Notes under the pieces: model-generated
What the model was told of the DNA's origin: nothing
Databases searched by the model: none
Seen by the model: the letters and a program-made list of their open reading frames with translations, nothing else
Made by a program: the position numbers and the translations under genes
Origin: an uncultured Coxiellaceae bacterium
Lineage (GTDB): Bacteria; Pseudomonadota; Gammaproteobacteria; Coxiellales; Coxiellaceae
Assembly: GCA_964348555.1 (NCBI GenBank)
Contig: CAYGED010000001.1
Location: 1-34,230, forward strand
Direction of reading: 5' to 3'
DNA: 34,230 bases
In this document: in pieces, positions 9,038 to 19,975 of the stretch
How the letters are laid out: every line of letters begins with the position of its first letter
Position numbering within the stretch: the stretch's first letter is position 1

Positions 9038-12000
9038 AGAAACACTAAAGATCAAGATTGACTCGAGTGAGGTTGATAAAGGGGCATCCTCACTCGACAA
9101 GCTATCTGCTTCTTCAGGAAAGGCGGAGGGCGCGACTGACAAATTAACCAGCGCGACGGCTCTGCTTGGCCGCGCTGTTTCTGTGGCGGCTGGTTCATAC
9201 GCGCTTTTCAAAGCGTCGCAATATGCGCAGGAAGCACTTGTGCTGAGTCAACGATATCAGGAATTGGGTATCGCTATGAGTCAAATCGGTCGTAACGCCG
9301 GGATTTCTCGCAATGAACTGGATATCACAGCCAAATCCCTGCAAAAACTTGGTATATCAATGATAGAGTCCCGCCAAACAGTATTAAGTTTGGTCGCCGC
9401 GAATATCGACTTGGCCAACGCAGAAAAATTAGCGGATCTTGCGCGGAATGCCGCAATCGTGGGGCAGTTAAATACATCTGACGCCCTAAATTCCATTGTG
9501 CACGGAATACGATCCGGTCAAATAGAAGTCTTGCGAACTATCGGCATTAATGTCAGTTTTGAACAATCTTATGCAAAATTAGCTAAAGAGCTGGGAGTCT
9601 CCACAACAGCCCTTTCCGAGCAACAGAAAATGCAAGCACGCATGAATATTGTGCTCGGCGAATCTTCTAAATTAACCGGATTGTATGAGCAGGCAATGGG
9701 CAATGCCGGAAAACAATTCAGATCAACTGAGCGGCTTGCTGAGGATTTAAAAATAAAGATTGGCGGATTATTCGATCAATCGGCTATACAAGCTGTATCA
9801 ATTTACACTGATCTGCTCAAAGATCTGGATGATCAAATTGATGATATGACAAAATCCGGGGAATTAGAAGACTGGAGTCACAGAATAGCTATAGAGTTTG
9901 CCGGGCTTGCGGACGTGACCAGTGTGTTTGTTGGTCAGATTGGTATTTTATACAAACTCGTATCAACTCAGCTCGGAAATATCAAAAGCGGGAATTTCCA
10001 GGGATTAACTATTGCTTTTGAGCAGGCGGACAAAGCGCTGATCGAACTTTATAAAAATGGCCAAAAATATCAGGATCAGGTTAATCGGCGTGTAATTGCT
10101 GAGAGTATGCTCACAAAAGAAGTCGATCGCGAAAGCCGGGCAACAAAAAATAACACGATTGAGAATAATCAAAATACAACCGTTATAGACAAAGCTGTCG
10201 CGGCTAAAAATCGTTTAACGCTTGCGGAGCTGCGGCAAAGTGAATCGACCAGGGCGACGATCGAATTATCACGGCGCGTTGAACAGATAATAGCTTCCGT
10301 TGCGACAAAACAGGAAATATACAACCAAACATTGGCGGAGCTAAATAGATTAAAACCTAATCTGCCCATAGAAATATATAACAGGGCATTGCAAAAAGCA
10401 CAAGAAGAATTGAAAGGAACAGAATCTCAAACACGACAAACGACAGACGAAGTAAGTCAACTTTGGATGCAGGCCGGACGTAATATACAAAGCGCTTTGG
10501 CTAACTCAATTTTTAACTTCTTTGACGATGGTTTGAAGGGGATGGTAAAAAATGTAGGGATAGCGCTGGGCAGAATTGCGTCTGAATTTGCGGCTTTGAA
10601 AATTGCCCAGACAATTGGCCTGTCTGCCATGTTTGCAGTGCCTGGGGCTGCGGCGGCATCTGGCGGTGGTTTTGGAGGAACAGCATTAAACATAGCCGGA
10701 CTTGGATCTTCTGCTCTTAATTTATTCAAAGGCGGCTTTGGCGCCACATCTACATTGAGTGGAATTGGTGGCATGTTGCCAGGTCAGGCTGGAGCATTTT
10801 TTGGCGGGATGGGTGGTGGTACAGTTGCTGGTGTATCGAGTTCGGCTGCTTTGGCTGGATCATCTTTCGCCGCTATAGCAGGGCCGGCCATCGCCATCGC
10901 TGCCGTGGATCAAATAACACGGATGTTAGCCGGAGATAAGTTGATTGGCGGAGGTATCGGCAAAGTGCTTAATTTTGTGCCGGTGCTGGGGCCGTTGCTG
11001 AATGGTTTATTTGGACGTGGGCCGATGAAACAACAAGGAACTCTGCTAAGCGGAGAAATCGGCGCTGAAGGATTCGAATCTGGTATGTTGCAAACAAGAT
11101 TCAAAGCGAAGGGTGGTTTGTTCCGTGGCGACAAAATCGATTTTGCCCGCATTGATGCCGTTACCGGGCAGATTTTCACGGACAGCAATAAGCTACTCGA
11201 TTACGCCAATGATCTATCAAAAGTGGGTAAGGAGCTTTTTGGCCTAATCAACGATACCACCAAACAAACATCCAGTAGCTTGCGCCAAATCGGGCAAAAT
11301 TTGGGAGTGAGCACAGAAGGCATTGACAGTTTCAGACATTCGATCAATCTGCTTTCTGAAAAAGGTAAAATGCTCACCGAAGAGCAAATCGGTGAAGAGA
11401 TCCAAAAAATCACCGACGGTCTCGCACATAGTCTAATACCTCAAATAGATGCTCTAGCAAAGCGAGGCGAAACAGCATTGCAGGCTGTGAGCCGTCTCGG
11501 CATTGAGTTTGGGGCCATTAATTCGGCTGCGATTGCACTTGGACTGTCGTTTGCAGACGCACGCACACATGCTCAAAGCATGGGATTTGAGCTGAGAACG
11601 GCATTCGTTGACGCAGCCGGTGGAGTAGATAATTTTAACCAGGGCATTGCGTTCATTGCGGAAAATTTCTTAACTGCAGAGCAGAAAATGGCTGTAAAAG
11701 TAGATTCGTTGAACGCGAGTTTAAACAAACTTTCCATTCCTTTAGATACAACAAAAGGTGAATTTTACGAGCTGCTTAAAGCATCCGGCGCTGCTGGCGA
11801 TGCAATAAAATTCGGGGGCTTGCTTGATATAGCGCCGTTATTTATAGAAATTACAAATGCGTCCGACGCCTTGGCTGTGGCTGCAAAATCAGCAGCTGAA
11901 GCAACTCGCCAGCAAGCCGAGGCAATAAGGGCGGCAGAAAGACGGGCATTTGTTGGAGATAGGCGGGCTATTGAATTAAGTGGATCTAAGCAGATTGTTG

Positions 12001-13706
12001 GTTTAAAAGAACAATTTGCCGATTTAGCCAAAGAAATTTTTGCGATTGATAAAAATTATCTGTATCGAGAGTTCATTCTGCCCAGGGTTTCATTCGATCC
12101 ACCTCAGGCATTTGGATTTAATGATCGGGCTGGTTTTGCGAGCGAATCTCAGCGCCTGCAATATGATAATGTATTCAGCGCCACAGCAAGAAATTTCACT
12201 GAGAGTGTTGATAATGCTCTGGCATCCATAAATAGTGGGGCTGTGTTTTCCTCAATAGAGGGGGCTTCCGCAGCAGTGGCACATTTGCAAACAGCATTGG
12301 ATGGACTAAAGGAGACGGCAGAGCAGAATAGCAAAATAGAGGCAGAGCGTTTATCTGTTGAGAAAAAAATAATGGACGAACGGCTCCGACTGGAATCGCA
12401 AATATTTGATATGACTGCATCGGTAGCAGAAAAACGCGCCAACGAACTAGAATTATTATCCCCATCAAACAGAGCGTTGCAGGAGCGTATTTTTGCGCTT
12501 GCAGATGAACAGAAAATTATAGATGAAACCAACGCAGAGCGCGAACGTGTATTGCAAGAACGCATCGGACTTGAAACTCAATTATTACAACTTCAGGGCG
12601 ACACGGCAGAATTGCGCAGGCGAGAGTTAATTTCATTATCCCCATCGAATCGAGCGCTACAAGAGCGGATTTGGATGATAGAGAGCGAAGCGAACGCTGT
12701 GGAAATGGCAAATAAGAGCGCTGATGAAGCATTCTCAGCGCTTGAACGTTCTGTCGAAGCCGAAAAAAATAAAATACTTACAAGTAATTCAGCCATCGAA
12801 TCTCAACGAAAAACAATAACCGATCGTTACAATCTGGATCTTGAATCACAGAATGATATTATCAGCCAATTTTCCGACTCTATTAATAGTTTGAAAGGAT
12901 TTTCTGAATCATTAAAAAGCTCAATTACTTCAACTGGCTCAATAAGTTTAGAGGCGGCCAGAAGCCAAATTGAATCCGCTATAAAAGCCGGAAATTTTAA
13001 CATTGAAAATGTTTCTCGCGCGGTCGATGTGCTCTCGAAAACAGAAGCGAGCGGATTTGCCAGCGCCATAGAATTTAAAAGAGCACAAGCTAAAAATATT
13101 CAATTACTCAACGAGTTAAGCATATCGACAGATGCCCAGCTGACACTTGAGCAGAGAACTCTGAGCGCATTAGAATCGGCGAGAGATAGATTGACCGACA
13201 ATTACAATGCGCAGATATCTCTACTTGATGAGCAAGTAAAATCAAACGAAAATGAGCTATCCAGATTGGATCAAATAATCGTTGACGCACAAACTCAGAT
13301 TAATGTATTGCTCGGCATTGATCTATCCATTATTGGAGTATCTTCCGCGTTAGCCGGATTGTCGTCTCAGATTGATGCCGCCGCCGCAGCGCAAGCATCT
13401 CAAGTCGCCGTCATGCAGCAATCAATGATTCTTGCTCAAACATCATCCGCAATCGTGCCGGAAAATATCGCCAGCTTTGATGTTGGGGGTCGTGTGCCAA
13501 GAACGGGTCTGGCTATGATCCATAAAAACGAACAGGTTTTGACTGCCGACGAAGCCGGGAGTATTGATGATAAACTGGCTGCAATAAGCGAAGCAATAAA
13601 AGAACTGACGGAAACAGTCGAGGTTTTAACCGCCGCATCGAACAAGAGCAAAAGAATATTTGAGGACTGGGACGGGCGCGGACTTCCGGCGACCAGGGCT
13701 GCATAA
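9030..13706 (+). CDS. tail tape measure protein
   Basis: 1558-aa ORF, largely helical/coiled-coil, with a Gly-rich hydrophobic segment ([16 protein letters not shown]...). It follows the G/GT chaperones and its start overlaps the T-segment stop. Confidence 0.9.
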   Translation: MSEETLKIKIDSSEVDKGASSLDKLSASSGKAEGATDKLTSATALLGRAVSVAAGSYALFKASQYAQEALVLSQRYQELGIAMSQIGRNAGISRNELDITAKSLQKLGISMIESRQTVLSLVAANIDLANAEKLADLARNAAIVGQLNTSDALNSIVHGIRSGQIEVLRTIGINVSFEQSYAKLAKELGVSTTALSEQQKMQARMNIVLGESSKLTGLYEQAMGNAGKQFRSTERLAEDLKIKIGGLFDQSAIQAVSIYTDLLKDLDDQIDDMTKSGELEDWSHRIAIEFAGLADVTSVFVGQIGILYKLVSTQLGNIKSGNFQGLTIAFEQADKALIELYKNGQKYQDQVNRRVIAESMLTKEVDRESRATKNNTIENNQNTTVIDKAVAAKNRLTLAELRQSESTRATIELSRRVEQIIASVATKQEIYNQTLAELNRLKPNLPIEIYNRALQKAQEELKGTESQTRQTTDEVSQLWMQAGRNIQSALANSIFNFFDDGLKGMVKNVGIALGRIASEFAALKIAQTIGLSAMFAVPGAAAASGGGFGGTALNIAGLGSSALNLFKGGFGATSTLSGIGGMLPGQAGAFFGGMGGGTVAGVSSSAALAGSSFAAIAGPAIAIAAVDQITRMLAGDKLIGGGIGKVLNFVPVLGPLLNGLFGRGPMKQQGTLLSGEIGAEGFESGMLQTRFKAKGGLFRGDKIDFARIDAVTGQIFTDSNKLLDYANDLSKVGKELFGLINDTTKQTSSSLRQIGQNLGVSTEGIDSFRHSINLLSEKGKMLTEEQIGEEIQKITDGLAHSLIPQIDALAKRGETALQAVSRLGIEFGAINSAAIALGLSFADARTHAQSMGFELRTAFVDAAGGVDNFNQGIAFIAENFLTAEQKMAVKVDSLNASLNKLSIPLDTTKGEFYELLKASGAAGDAIKFGGLLDIAPLFIEITNASDALAVAAKSAAEATRQQAEAIRAAERRAFVGDRRAIELSGSKQIVGLKEQFADLAKEIFAIDKNYLYREFILPRVSFDPPQAFGFNDRAGFASESQRLQYDNVFSATARNFTESVDNALASINSGAVFSSIEGASAAVAHLQTALDGLKETAEQNSKIEAERLSVEKKIMDERLRLESQIFDMTASVAEKRANELELLSPSNRALQERIFALADEQKIIDETNAERERVLQERIGLETQLLQLQGDTAELRRRELISLSPSNRALQERIWMIESEANAVEMANKSADEAFSALERSVEAEKNKILTSNSAIESQRKTITDRYNLDLESQNDIISQFSDSINSLKGFSESLKSSITSTGSISLEAARSQIESAIKAGNFNIENVSRAVDVLSKTEASGFASAIEFKRAQAKNIQLLNELSISTDAQLTLEQRTLSALESARDRLTDNYNAQISLLDEQVKSNENELSRLDQIIVDAQTQINVLLGIDLSIIGVSSALAGLSSQIDAAAAAQASQVAVMQQSMILAQTSSAIVPENIASFDVGGRVPRTGLAMIHKNEQVLTADEAGSIDDKLAAISEAIKELTETVEVLTAASNKSKRIFEDWDGRGLPATRAA

Positions 13707-15058
13707 TGGATATTGTAAAATCATTAATCATAGCAAAACCCTATCTGTACGCAGACAGCCATCTGGTTAGCAGCACGGTGTCAGAATCGGATTACATCGC
13801 GTACTCAAAAACCGGCGCTTATGTTGTCGGCGACAGACGTCAGGTAGTTTCGCCGTCAGGCACGGTAACTTTTACGATTGCGAGTCCGGTAGTAATGACA
13901 TGGACTCAATCTCAATTGCCTAATAATACACCAATAAAATTTACAACAACTGGGGCGCTTCCGACAGGGTTGGTTGTTGGAACGATATATTATGTCCGCA
14001 GATTATCAGATTCCACCTACAATATAGCCACAAAACCCGATGGTCAGGGTATCAATACGAGCGGGACTCAATCGGGCACACATACCGGAAATGCAACCCG
14101 TCATGACGTTTATGAGGCGTTGCTTCCCAGCGTTGTTATGACCGCATCAATAGCCAGCACAACTATGACCGTATCTGCCGTGACGACAGGTGTAATTGCT
14201 ATAGGACAAATCCTATCAGGAACTGGCGTTACTGCCGACACAACTGTTACTGGATTTATTACTGGCGCTGGGGGGACGGGTACTTACACAGTCAGCGTAT
14301 CGCAAACAGTAGCAAGCACAACAATCACGGGAACAGCGCCGGTAACGAATACATCATATTGGGAAAGGTACGGATCAACTAACAGATGGGCGATGCATGA
14401 CTCGAGCTCATCAAGTAAAACCGCAGCTACCACAACATTGACTAACGTTTATCAGGCTGTAGGATACGCAGATAGTGTTGGTCTGCTTGGCATTGACTGT
14501 ACAACAGTTAACATCATAGTTAGTGATGATATCGATGGGACGATTTACAACGAATCATACTCAACGGTTGATAATAGCGGAATTATAAATGCATTCCACT
14601 ACGCATTTGATCCGATTGTGAGAAAGAAGGATTTGTATATTAATGATTTGCCGTTATATGCAGATCCAGAGATTACAGTGACACTCACAACCGGGACAGG
14701 ATCAACAGTACTTTGCGGAACTTGCTATATCGGTAAACGATATAATGCAGGGCCAACAGGTTACGGAGTATCGCTTGGAATACGTGATTATTCGATAGTC
14801 TTGGAAGATCGATTTGGAAACAGGGAATTTACGGAAGGATCTTATAGCCGGAAAGCAAGTTGGATTTTAAAAGTTGATAATCGGGCTATAAGTGCACTGC
14901 ATAATATTTTGGCAGGATTCCGAGCCACACCGGCTCTTTATGTAGGATCGGCAGACTATGGACCAACATTTATTTTTGGAAAATTCAATGATTTTAATAT
15001 TGAGATTCCTCATTCAGCTTTTTCGCTTTGCTCGATTGAATTGGAGAGCCTGATATAA
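13706..15058 (+). CDS. minor tail / distal tail-tip protein
   Basis: 450-aa ORF coupled (TAATG) to the tape measure gene. Thr/Ser-rich beta-type sequence. Function from position only. Confidence 0.45.
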   Translation: MDIVKSLIIAKPYLYADSHLVSSTVSESDYIAYSKTGAYVVGDRRQVVSPSGTVTFTIASPVVMTWTQSQLPNNTPIKFTTTGALPTGLVVGTIYYVRRLSDSTYNIATKPDGQGINTSGTQSGTHTGNATRHDVYEALLPSVVMTASIASTTMTVSAVTTGVIAIGQILSGTGVTADTTVTGFITGAGGTGTYTVSVSQTVASTTITGTAPVTNTSYWERYGSTNRWAMHDSSSSSKTAATTTLTNVYQAVGYADSVGLLGIDCTTVNIIVSDDIDGTIYNESYSTVDNSGIINAFHYAFDPIVRKKDLYINDLPLYADPEITVTLTTGTGSTVLCGTCYIGKRYNAGPTGYGVSLGIRDYSIVLEDRFGNREFTEGSYSRKASWILKVDNRAISALHNILAGFRATPALYVGSADYGPTFIFGKFNDFNIEIPHSAFSLCSIELESLI

Positions 15059-15498
15059 TGGCAATCACACAAATAATAACCGCTCTACCAACACCGGCAC
15101 CGTCCAGATTGACTCAAACTGAAGATCAGTTTGTCTCGGCTATGGATAATAGATTAGCTGCCGAACCTGGGTTAGTGACAGAGATAAATACTTGGACAGG
15201 ACAGGCAAATACATTAGCAACGGCAGTAACAACGAGTGAGACAAATGCTCTCGCATATGCCACAGAAGCAGATGCATCAGCTACCGCCGCCGCGTCCGGC
15301 GCGAATGCAACAGCCTGGGTGTCTGGGAATACTTACACCACAGGCCAGTCCGTATATAGCCCAATAGATTTTCAGACTTACCGGCATATAACGGCTACCA
15401 GCTCATTGACTACAGATCCGAGCGCTGACGCCGTGAACTGGGTTCTGATTTCCGCGCCGACAACTGCAAAATTGCATTCAATAGCTCTTTATTTTTAA
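15058..15498 (+). CDS. tail fibre-like protein with carbohydrate-binding-type motif
   Basis: 146-aa ORF (TAATG coupling). The AWVSGNTYTTGQSVYSPIDFQTYRH segment resembles CBM5/12-type W..G..Y..G..V motifs. The Ala/Thr-rich stalk is typical of fibres. Confidence 0.4.
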   Translation: MAITQIITALPTPAPSRLTQTEDQFVSAMDNRLAAEPGLVTEINTWTGQANTLATAVTTSETNALAYATEADASATAAASGANATAWVSGNTYTTGQSVYSPIDFQTYRHITATSSLTTDPSADAVNWVLISAPTTAKLHSIALYF

Positions 15499-15510
15499 AA
15501 GGATTTAAAA

Positions 15511-15960
15511 ATGGCAAATACATTCACAGCCCCTTTTGCACAGACTCCGCAGGTAGCATCGTGCGTAGTAACAACAGCTGTGGCGCTTACGCCAAACGGG
15601 GTCGACAGCTCAACCACTGTTACAAATTCCGTGCTGTTGTTAACGGCGGGCGCTAATGGATCAATATTAACCGAGCTATCTGCCATGCCTCGCGCAACGG
15701 TGACGGCATCATCATTATGTATTTGGTCGTCGACTGATGGCGGTACAACGAAACATCTTGTAGCTTGCGCGTTAATGCCAGCATATACGCTGGCCGCCAC
15801 AACACTAAACGCTAGGACTGCATTTTATCATGCAGATGGGTCTACGCTGATCGACGAGACAAATCCATTACGGTTGTCCGCGAGTGAGAAATTGTACGCA
15901 GGAACGCTCGTAACTTTGGCAACCGGTATTGTGTTTAACGCCCGCTACGTAGATTATTGA
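15511..15960 (+). CDS. tail structural protein (unknown role)
   Basis: 149-aa ORF with AAGGATTTAAAA-ATG context, inside the tail-tip block. Confidence 0.35.
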   Translation: MANTFTAPFAQTPQVASCVVTTAVALTPNGVDSSTTVTNSVLLLTAGANGSILTELSAMPRATVTASSLCIWSSTDGGTTKHLVACALMPAYTLAATTLNARTAFYHADGSTLIDETNPLRLSASEKLYAGTLVTLATGIVFNARYVDY

Positions 15961-18209
15961 TGAATCCATATTTACCAAAACTGAGCACGCCACATAACGG
16001 GCTGCCATCACGAAGGCGCAATTTAGCTCCATCCGCTCCGATTATTGGGAGTGGTTTGCCTGGATTGCCGCGCAGGGCTGCTGCTGCCGCTGTCGAGGAG
16101 GCTGTTTACGCCGAGGCGGTTGATTTTGATGGCGCAGCAGATTATTTGAGCAGGACATCGGATCTAATTGGTAATGCGGACAGTAAAACTTTTACTTTTA
16201 GCGCCTGGTTTATGTGGTCTCCGTTGTCCGGCCAATATCCACGTATCTATTCCTGGGGCACCGATAGCAGTAATTATGGGCACATAGCCCTGCCGGATAC
16301 TATTTCAGACACTATGGGGATACAGGCCAGATCTGGAAATGTAATTACTTTTGATGGCAATTTGAGCATCGGCCAATCTTTCAAAAACACATTCATGCAT
16401 ATATTGATTAGCATCAATATGGATTCGCAATCTAACAGCAGGGTATTTATCAATGATATTGATTCCAATATGGCATGGGGGACGTTTAATGTTGGGCAAA
16501 ATATAGATTTCACACAGTCTAGTCACCGTGTGGCTAATGATTCATATAATCCAAACCCGTCTTTTTATATCACCGGGCGCCTCGCTCACGTTTTTTTAGA
16601 CCACACCTTCAGAGACTTGTCTATTGAGGCTAACCGACGTCTGTTCATTACGTCTGATCGTAAACCGACACCAAAAACAACTCTATCAGCGCTTACTCCA
16701 ATCCTATATTTACCTATGGATGATCCCACAACGGCCCATATAAATAGTGGCACGGGAGGAAATTTTACACTCAACGGCACGATTGCGCGAAGCGGTAGAG
16801 GGCCAAATCAATTCAATGCGACTTACAGTGATTTGGACGGGGTGGCGGATTATGTGAGTGCTGCGGCGATCACTGGAATTGCTGATGGGAAGCAGTTCAC
16901 GATGGCTCTTGATTTTAATCCAGATTATATTGGCGCTACGCAAATTATAACATTTGGCTCAGGGTCGTCTTATAGGTTTATGGTGAGCGTAGACAATCCA
17001 GGGATTTTTTCAATCATTGCCACAACATCTGCTGGCTCCATTGTTCTCAACGCCTCGAGTAATTCTGCTGTTTTTGTTATCGGGAGGAACTATCGCGTCA
17101 CAGTTTCGATCGACTTGACCAGTACGGCGTTACGGCATGTGTACGTAAACGGGGAGTCGATAACGATGACCTGGAATACCTATACCAATTCGGCAATAGG
17201 ATTCAACATCACATCAACACCTCGATATCGCGTCGGTTGCAATGTGGACGCTGCCCCTGCAAATTTTGTCAACGGTCGCCTAGGCAACATCTTATTCCAC
17301 ACCGGTTACATAGACCTCTCCATCCCATCAAACCTATCCAAATTTGTCACAGGCACAGGCATTGATGCCAAGCCTGCCGAACTGGGCGCGAATGGCGAAC
17401 TGCCTTTGGGCGTTCAGCCACTTATTTATTTGCCAATGTACGGTAACAATGCCGGTAAAAATTATGGCTCCGGTGGAGATTTTACGGTTAATAGTGGGCC
17501 GTTTACAGGAGCGCGCGGGCCTAATGAGTTTCGGGGTAATCGTGCAACGTTCAACGGCACAGCATCAGTCATTTCAAAAACTGCGCAGCTTTCCGGGATT
17601 GCTGATAGCAAAGTATTTTTACTCTCATTTTTTATCAAAAAAACAGGATCAGTGCTTTATACAATCTGCGACACGACTGGGGCGGCTGTGCGTGTTACGA
17701 TTGATGCGAGTAATCGGCTTGTGATCGTTGCTGAGAATTCTGCCGGGACGGTAATATTAAGCGCGACTGTTACAACAACAATCACAAATACAACGGATAC
17801 GCACGTTATTATGTCCATTGACCTGGCAAATGCTTCAAATCGAGCAATTTATCTCAACAACGTATCAGCATCAGTAACATGGACAACATATACTAACGAT
17901 TTAATAGATTTTACCGTTACCGACTTTTATATTGGGTCAGAGGTTGGCGGAGGAAATAAATTTGCCGGGGATCTATCAGAATTCTTTTTAACGACGCCGA
18001 CATCTTACGTTGATATAACACAAGAGCCGGTGCGGTTAAAATTTCGCGATGCATTTGGATATTGTGTCGATCTGGGCTCCAATGGATCGACACCACTTGG
18101 AACGCAGCCTGTTGTTTATCTGCGTTTCGACCCTTCCGCATTCGGTGTTAATGCGGGGTCTGGTGGGAATTTCACGGCATCAAACATAAACGACGGTGGA
18201 CAATTATGA
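15960..18209 (+). CDS. receptor-binding / tail fibre protein with three tandem LamG (concanavalin-like) repeats
   Basis: ATG 15960 overlaps the upstream TGA; the track start 15957 is TTG. Three ~238-aa internal repeats each start with a D(F/L)DG.ADY / FNGTAS motif and an IADxK.F strand, and are joined by (I/V)YLP...GSGG(N/D)FT linkers. Confidence 0.55.
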   Translation: MNPYLPKLSTPHNGLPSRRRNLAPSAPIIGSGLPGLPRRAAAAAVEEAVYAEAVDFDGAADYLSRTSDLIGNADSKTFTFSAWFMWSPLSGQYPRIYSWGTDSSNYGHIALPDTISDTMGIQARSGNVITFDGNLSIGQSFKNTFMHILISINMDSQSNSRVFINDIDSNMAWGTFNVGQNIDFTQSSHRVANDSYNPNPSFYITGRLAHVFLDHTFRDLSIEANRRLFITSDRKPTPKTTLSALTPILYLPMDDPTTAHINSGTGGNFTLNGTIARSGRGPNQFNATYSDLDGVADYVSAAAITGIADGKQFTMALDFNPDYIGATQIITFGSGSSYRFMVSVDNPGIFSIIATTSAGSIVLNASSNSAVFVIGRNYRVTVSIDLTSTALRHVYVNGESITMTWNTYTNSAIGFNITSTPRYRVGCNVDAAPANFVNGRLGNILFHTGYIDLSIPSNLSKFVTGTGIDAKPAELGANGELPLGVQPLIYLPMYGNNAGKNYGSGGDFTVNSGPFTGARGPNEFRGNRATFNGTASVISKTAQLSGIADSKVFLLSFFIKKTGSVLYTICDTTGAAVRVTIDASNRLVIVAENSAGTVILSATVTTTITNTTDTHVIMSIDLANASNRAIYLNNVSASVTWTTYTNDLIDFTVTDFYIGSEVGGGNKFAGDLSEFFLTTPTSYVDITQEPVRLKFRDAFGYCVDLGSNGSTPLGTQPVVYLRFDPSAFGVNAGSGGNFTASNINDGGQL

Positions 18210-18856
18210 TAAAGGTAAATCTCTCAACAAAAAAAGCCACAAGAGAGCAGCTTCCAGATTTTTTATATGGGCTGAATCAGAAATCTCTATATGATTTATC
18301 GTGGTCAGATCCAGCGCTCGGAGTTTATGGGTTTGGATGGTGGCCAGAGGATGTACAGATGCCAGTAATTGATGATACAACGCAAAAATATGGTGATGAG
18401 GAGCTAAGTGCCGATTTAGTAAACAAAAAAGTGATCGTGTCGAGGGCTGTAATCCAGCTTTCTACAGCAGAGATCGCCGAAATAAAGCAAAAAATCCTTT
18501 CTGCGAAACTTGCTGAAATAGACAGGATGGCAAAGGATAAACGTGATTTTTTTATCAAAGATTACAGTCCTGGAGAGATGGCAAGCTGGCCCATAAAACG
18601 AAGTGAAGCGCTATCATATCAGTCAGCCACGACGCCATCAGACGCAAACGCCCCAGCGCTCTCGGCTGAGGCGGCTGTGCGCGGAATATCAACACAAAAT
18701 CTTGTCGCGAAGGTGATCGAAAATTCCGGGCTGTTAATAAATATAGAGTCAATGATTGCTGGCACGAGCGGAAAGCATCGTGATGCTTTATCTTCGATGT
18801 CTACGGCTCAAGCCATTCGTGATTACGATATATCGGTCGGCTGGCCTGTGTTTTGA
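18206..18856 (+). CDS. tail fibre assembly / accessory protein (DUF4376-like)
   Basis: 216-aa ORF with ATGA overlap to the fibre gene. The C-terminal W.IKRSEA...AEA..RG pattern is recalled from DUF4376. Confidence 0.4.
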   Translation: MIKVNLSTKKATREQLPDFLYGLNQKSLYDLSWSDPALGVYGFGWWPEDVQMPVIDDTTQKYGDEELSADLVNKKVIVSRAVIQLSTAEIAEIKQKILSAKLAEIDRMAKDKRDFFIKDYSPGEMASWPIKRSEALSYQSATTPSDANAPALSAEAAVRGISTQNLVAKVIENSGLLINIESMIAGTSGKHRDALSSMSTAQAIRDYDISVGWPVF

Positions 18857-18909
18857 TAAACCTAATAAGTTATTTTGTCGATTATAATCAATATTTTTAA
18901 GTGAATCTT

Positions 18910-19233
18910 ATGCCGGATAAAGACCCCACAAATTGGACTCTAGCAACATGGGCATTAGGTTTTATAATGGCGTCCATTGGCGGTGTAGTTAACTGGTATA
19001 ACAAGGTGAGAGGCGGGCATACGAAAGGGCATGACATTTTCGCGCTTGTGTTTGAGATTATCACCAGTGGTTTTGTTGGGATGATTGTTTTTATGGCGCT
19101 TGATGCAATGGGGCAGCCTATTGGATTGTGCGCCGCTGGCGCTGGAGTTGGCGGTCACATGGCAACGAGGTTGTTATTTGCGCTTGAAAGGTTGATAGAT
19201 TCAAAATTGAAGAGTTTTAATTCAAGAGACTGA
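18910..19233 (+). CDS. holin (multi-TMD)
   Basis: 107 aa from ATG 18910 (the track start 18901 is GTG). Hydrophobic segments: TLATWALGFIMASIGGVVNWY, IFALVFEIITSGFVGMIVFMAL, IGLCAAGAGVGGHMATRLLFAL. Charged C-terminus; directly upstream of the endolysin. Confidence 0.6.
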   Translation: MPDKDPTNWTLATWALGFIMASIGGVVNWYNKVRGGHTKGHDIFALVFEIITSGFVGMIVFMALDAMGQPIGLCAAGAGVGGHMATRLLFALERLIDSKLKSFNSRD

Positions 19234-19239
19234 ATACAT

Positions 19240-19284
19240 AGCCGCCACGCCTCTTAACAATGCGCAACCTTGGCGGCTTTTTAA
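19240..19284 (+). terminator. hairpin plus T-run between holin and endolysin (possible partial terminator)
   Basis: AGCCGCCA (19240-19247) pairs with TGGCGGCT (19271-19278) and is followed by TTTT. The 23-nt loop is atypically large. Confidence 0.35.
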
Positions 19285-19296
19285 AAACAGGGAAAT

Positions 19297-19767
19297 ATGA
19301 TTTTTAGCAAAAACGGAATTGAGTTATTAAAACGGCTCGAAGGTGCAAGCCCTCATTTATACAATGATTCTGCAGGACTGCCAACAATCGGGGTGGGGCA
19401 TTTGCTTACGCGGGATGAATTGAGTTCGGGTAAAATAAATATACTGGGAGTACCTGTTAAATATTCTGGTGGTTTAACCGTGGATCAGATTGAAAAACTC
19501 TTATCGCATGATGTTGCATTTGCAGAGGGCGCGGTCAACGTTTGCGAAGTTAATCTCACACAAAATCAATTTGATGCGCTGGTTTGTTTTGTGTTCAACG
19601 TTGGCCGGAGCGCGTTTGAAAAGAGCACATTAAAAAAGCACCTTATGTCCGGTGATGTAAGCAAAATCCCAGATCAATTCCGGCGATGGATTTACGCGGG
19701 CGGGAAAATATCGAAGGGGTTGATTGGGCGAAGGGAGCAGGAAATAAAATTATTTTTAACTAATTAA
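19297..19767 (+). CDS. endolysin, GH24 (T4/P22-type lysozyme)
   Basis: Catalytic triad spacing matches T4 lysozyme: E15 (RLEG), D24 (NDSAG), T30 (PTIGVGH). No N-terminal signal or SAR segment. Confidence 0.85.
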   Translation: MIFSKNGIELLKRLEGASPHLYNDSAGLPTIGVGHLLTRDELSSGKINILGVPVKYSGGLTVDQIEKLLSHDVAFAEGAVNVCEVNLTQNQFDALVCFVFNVGRSAFEKSTLKKHLMSGDVSKIPDQFRRWIYAGGKISKGLIGRREQEIKLFLTN

Positions 19768-19777
19768 AGGAAAAATC

Positions 19778-19975
19778 ATGCTTGCATTAATAAAACAGTA
19801 TCTTAAATCTAAAACTATCGTGCTCGTTGGTCTGCCGCTGGCTTTGCTTTCGGCTGCCAATGTGTATTTTGAGCATAATCTCAGCGCAGATGAATATTCG
19901 ATGGTTGGTGGGCTGTTTACGGCGCTGATCGTTTGGGCGCGAGCTAAAACAGATAGAGCGCTGGCGGATAAATAA
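19778..19975 (+). CDS. small two-TMD membrane protein (second holin/antiholin-like)
   Basis: 65 aa with hydrophobic stretches IVLVGLPLALLSAANVYF and MVGGLFTALIVWA and a charged tail. AAGGAAAAATC-ATG context. Lies between the endolysin and spanin genes. Confidence 0.45.
   Translation: MLALIKQYLKSKTIVLVGLPLALLSAANVYFEHNLSADEYSMVGGLFTALIVWARAKTDRALADK

Noticed and set aside
9017-13731. Numerous 60-140-aa antisense or out-of-frame ORFs inside the tape measure gene, and similar ones inside the portal, capsid, tail tube, fibre, helicase and primase genes
   Set aside because: All are nested within long, well-supported ORFs on the other strand or frame. They have low-complexity shadow composition and no RBSs.
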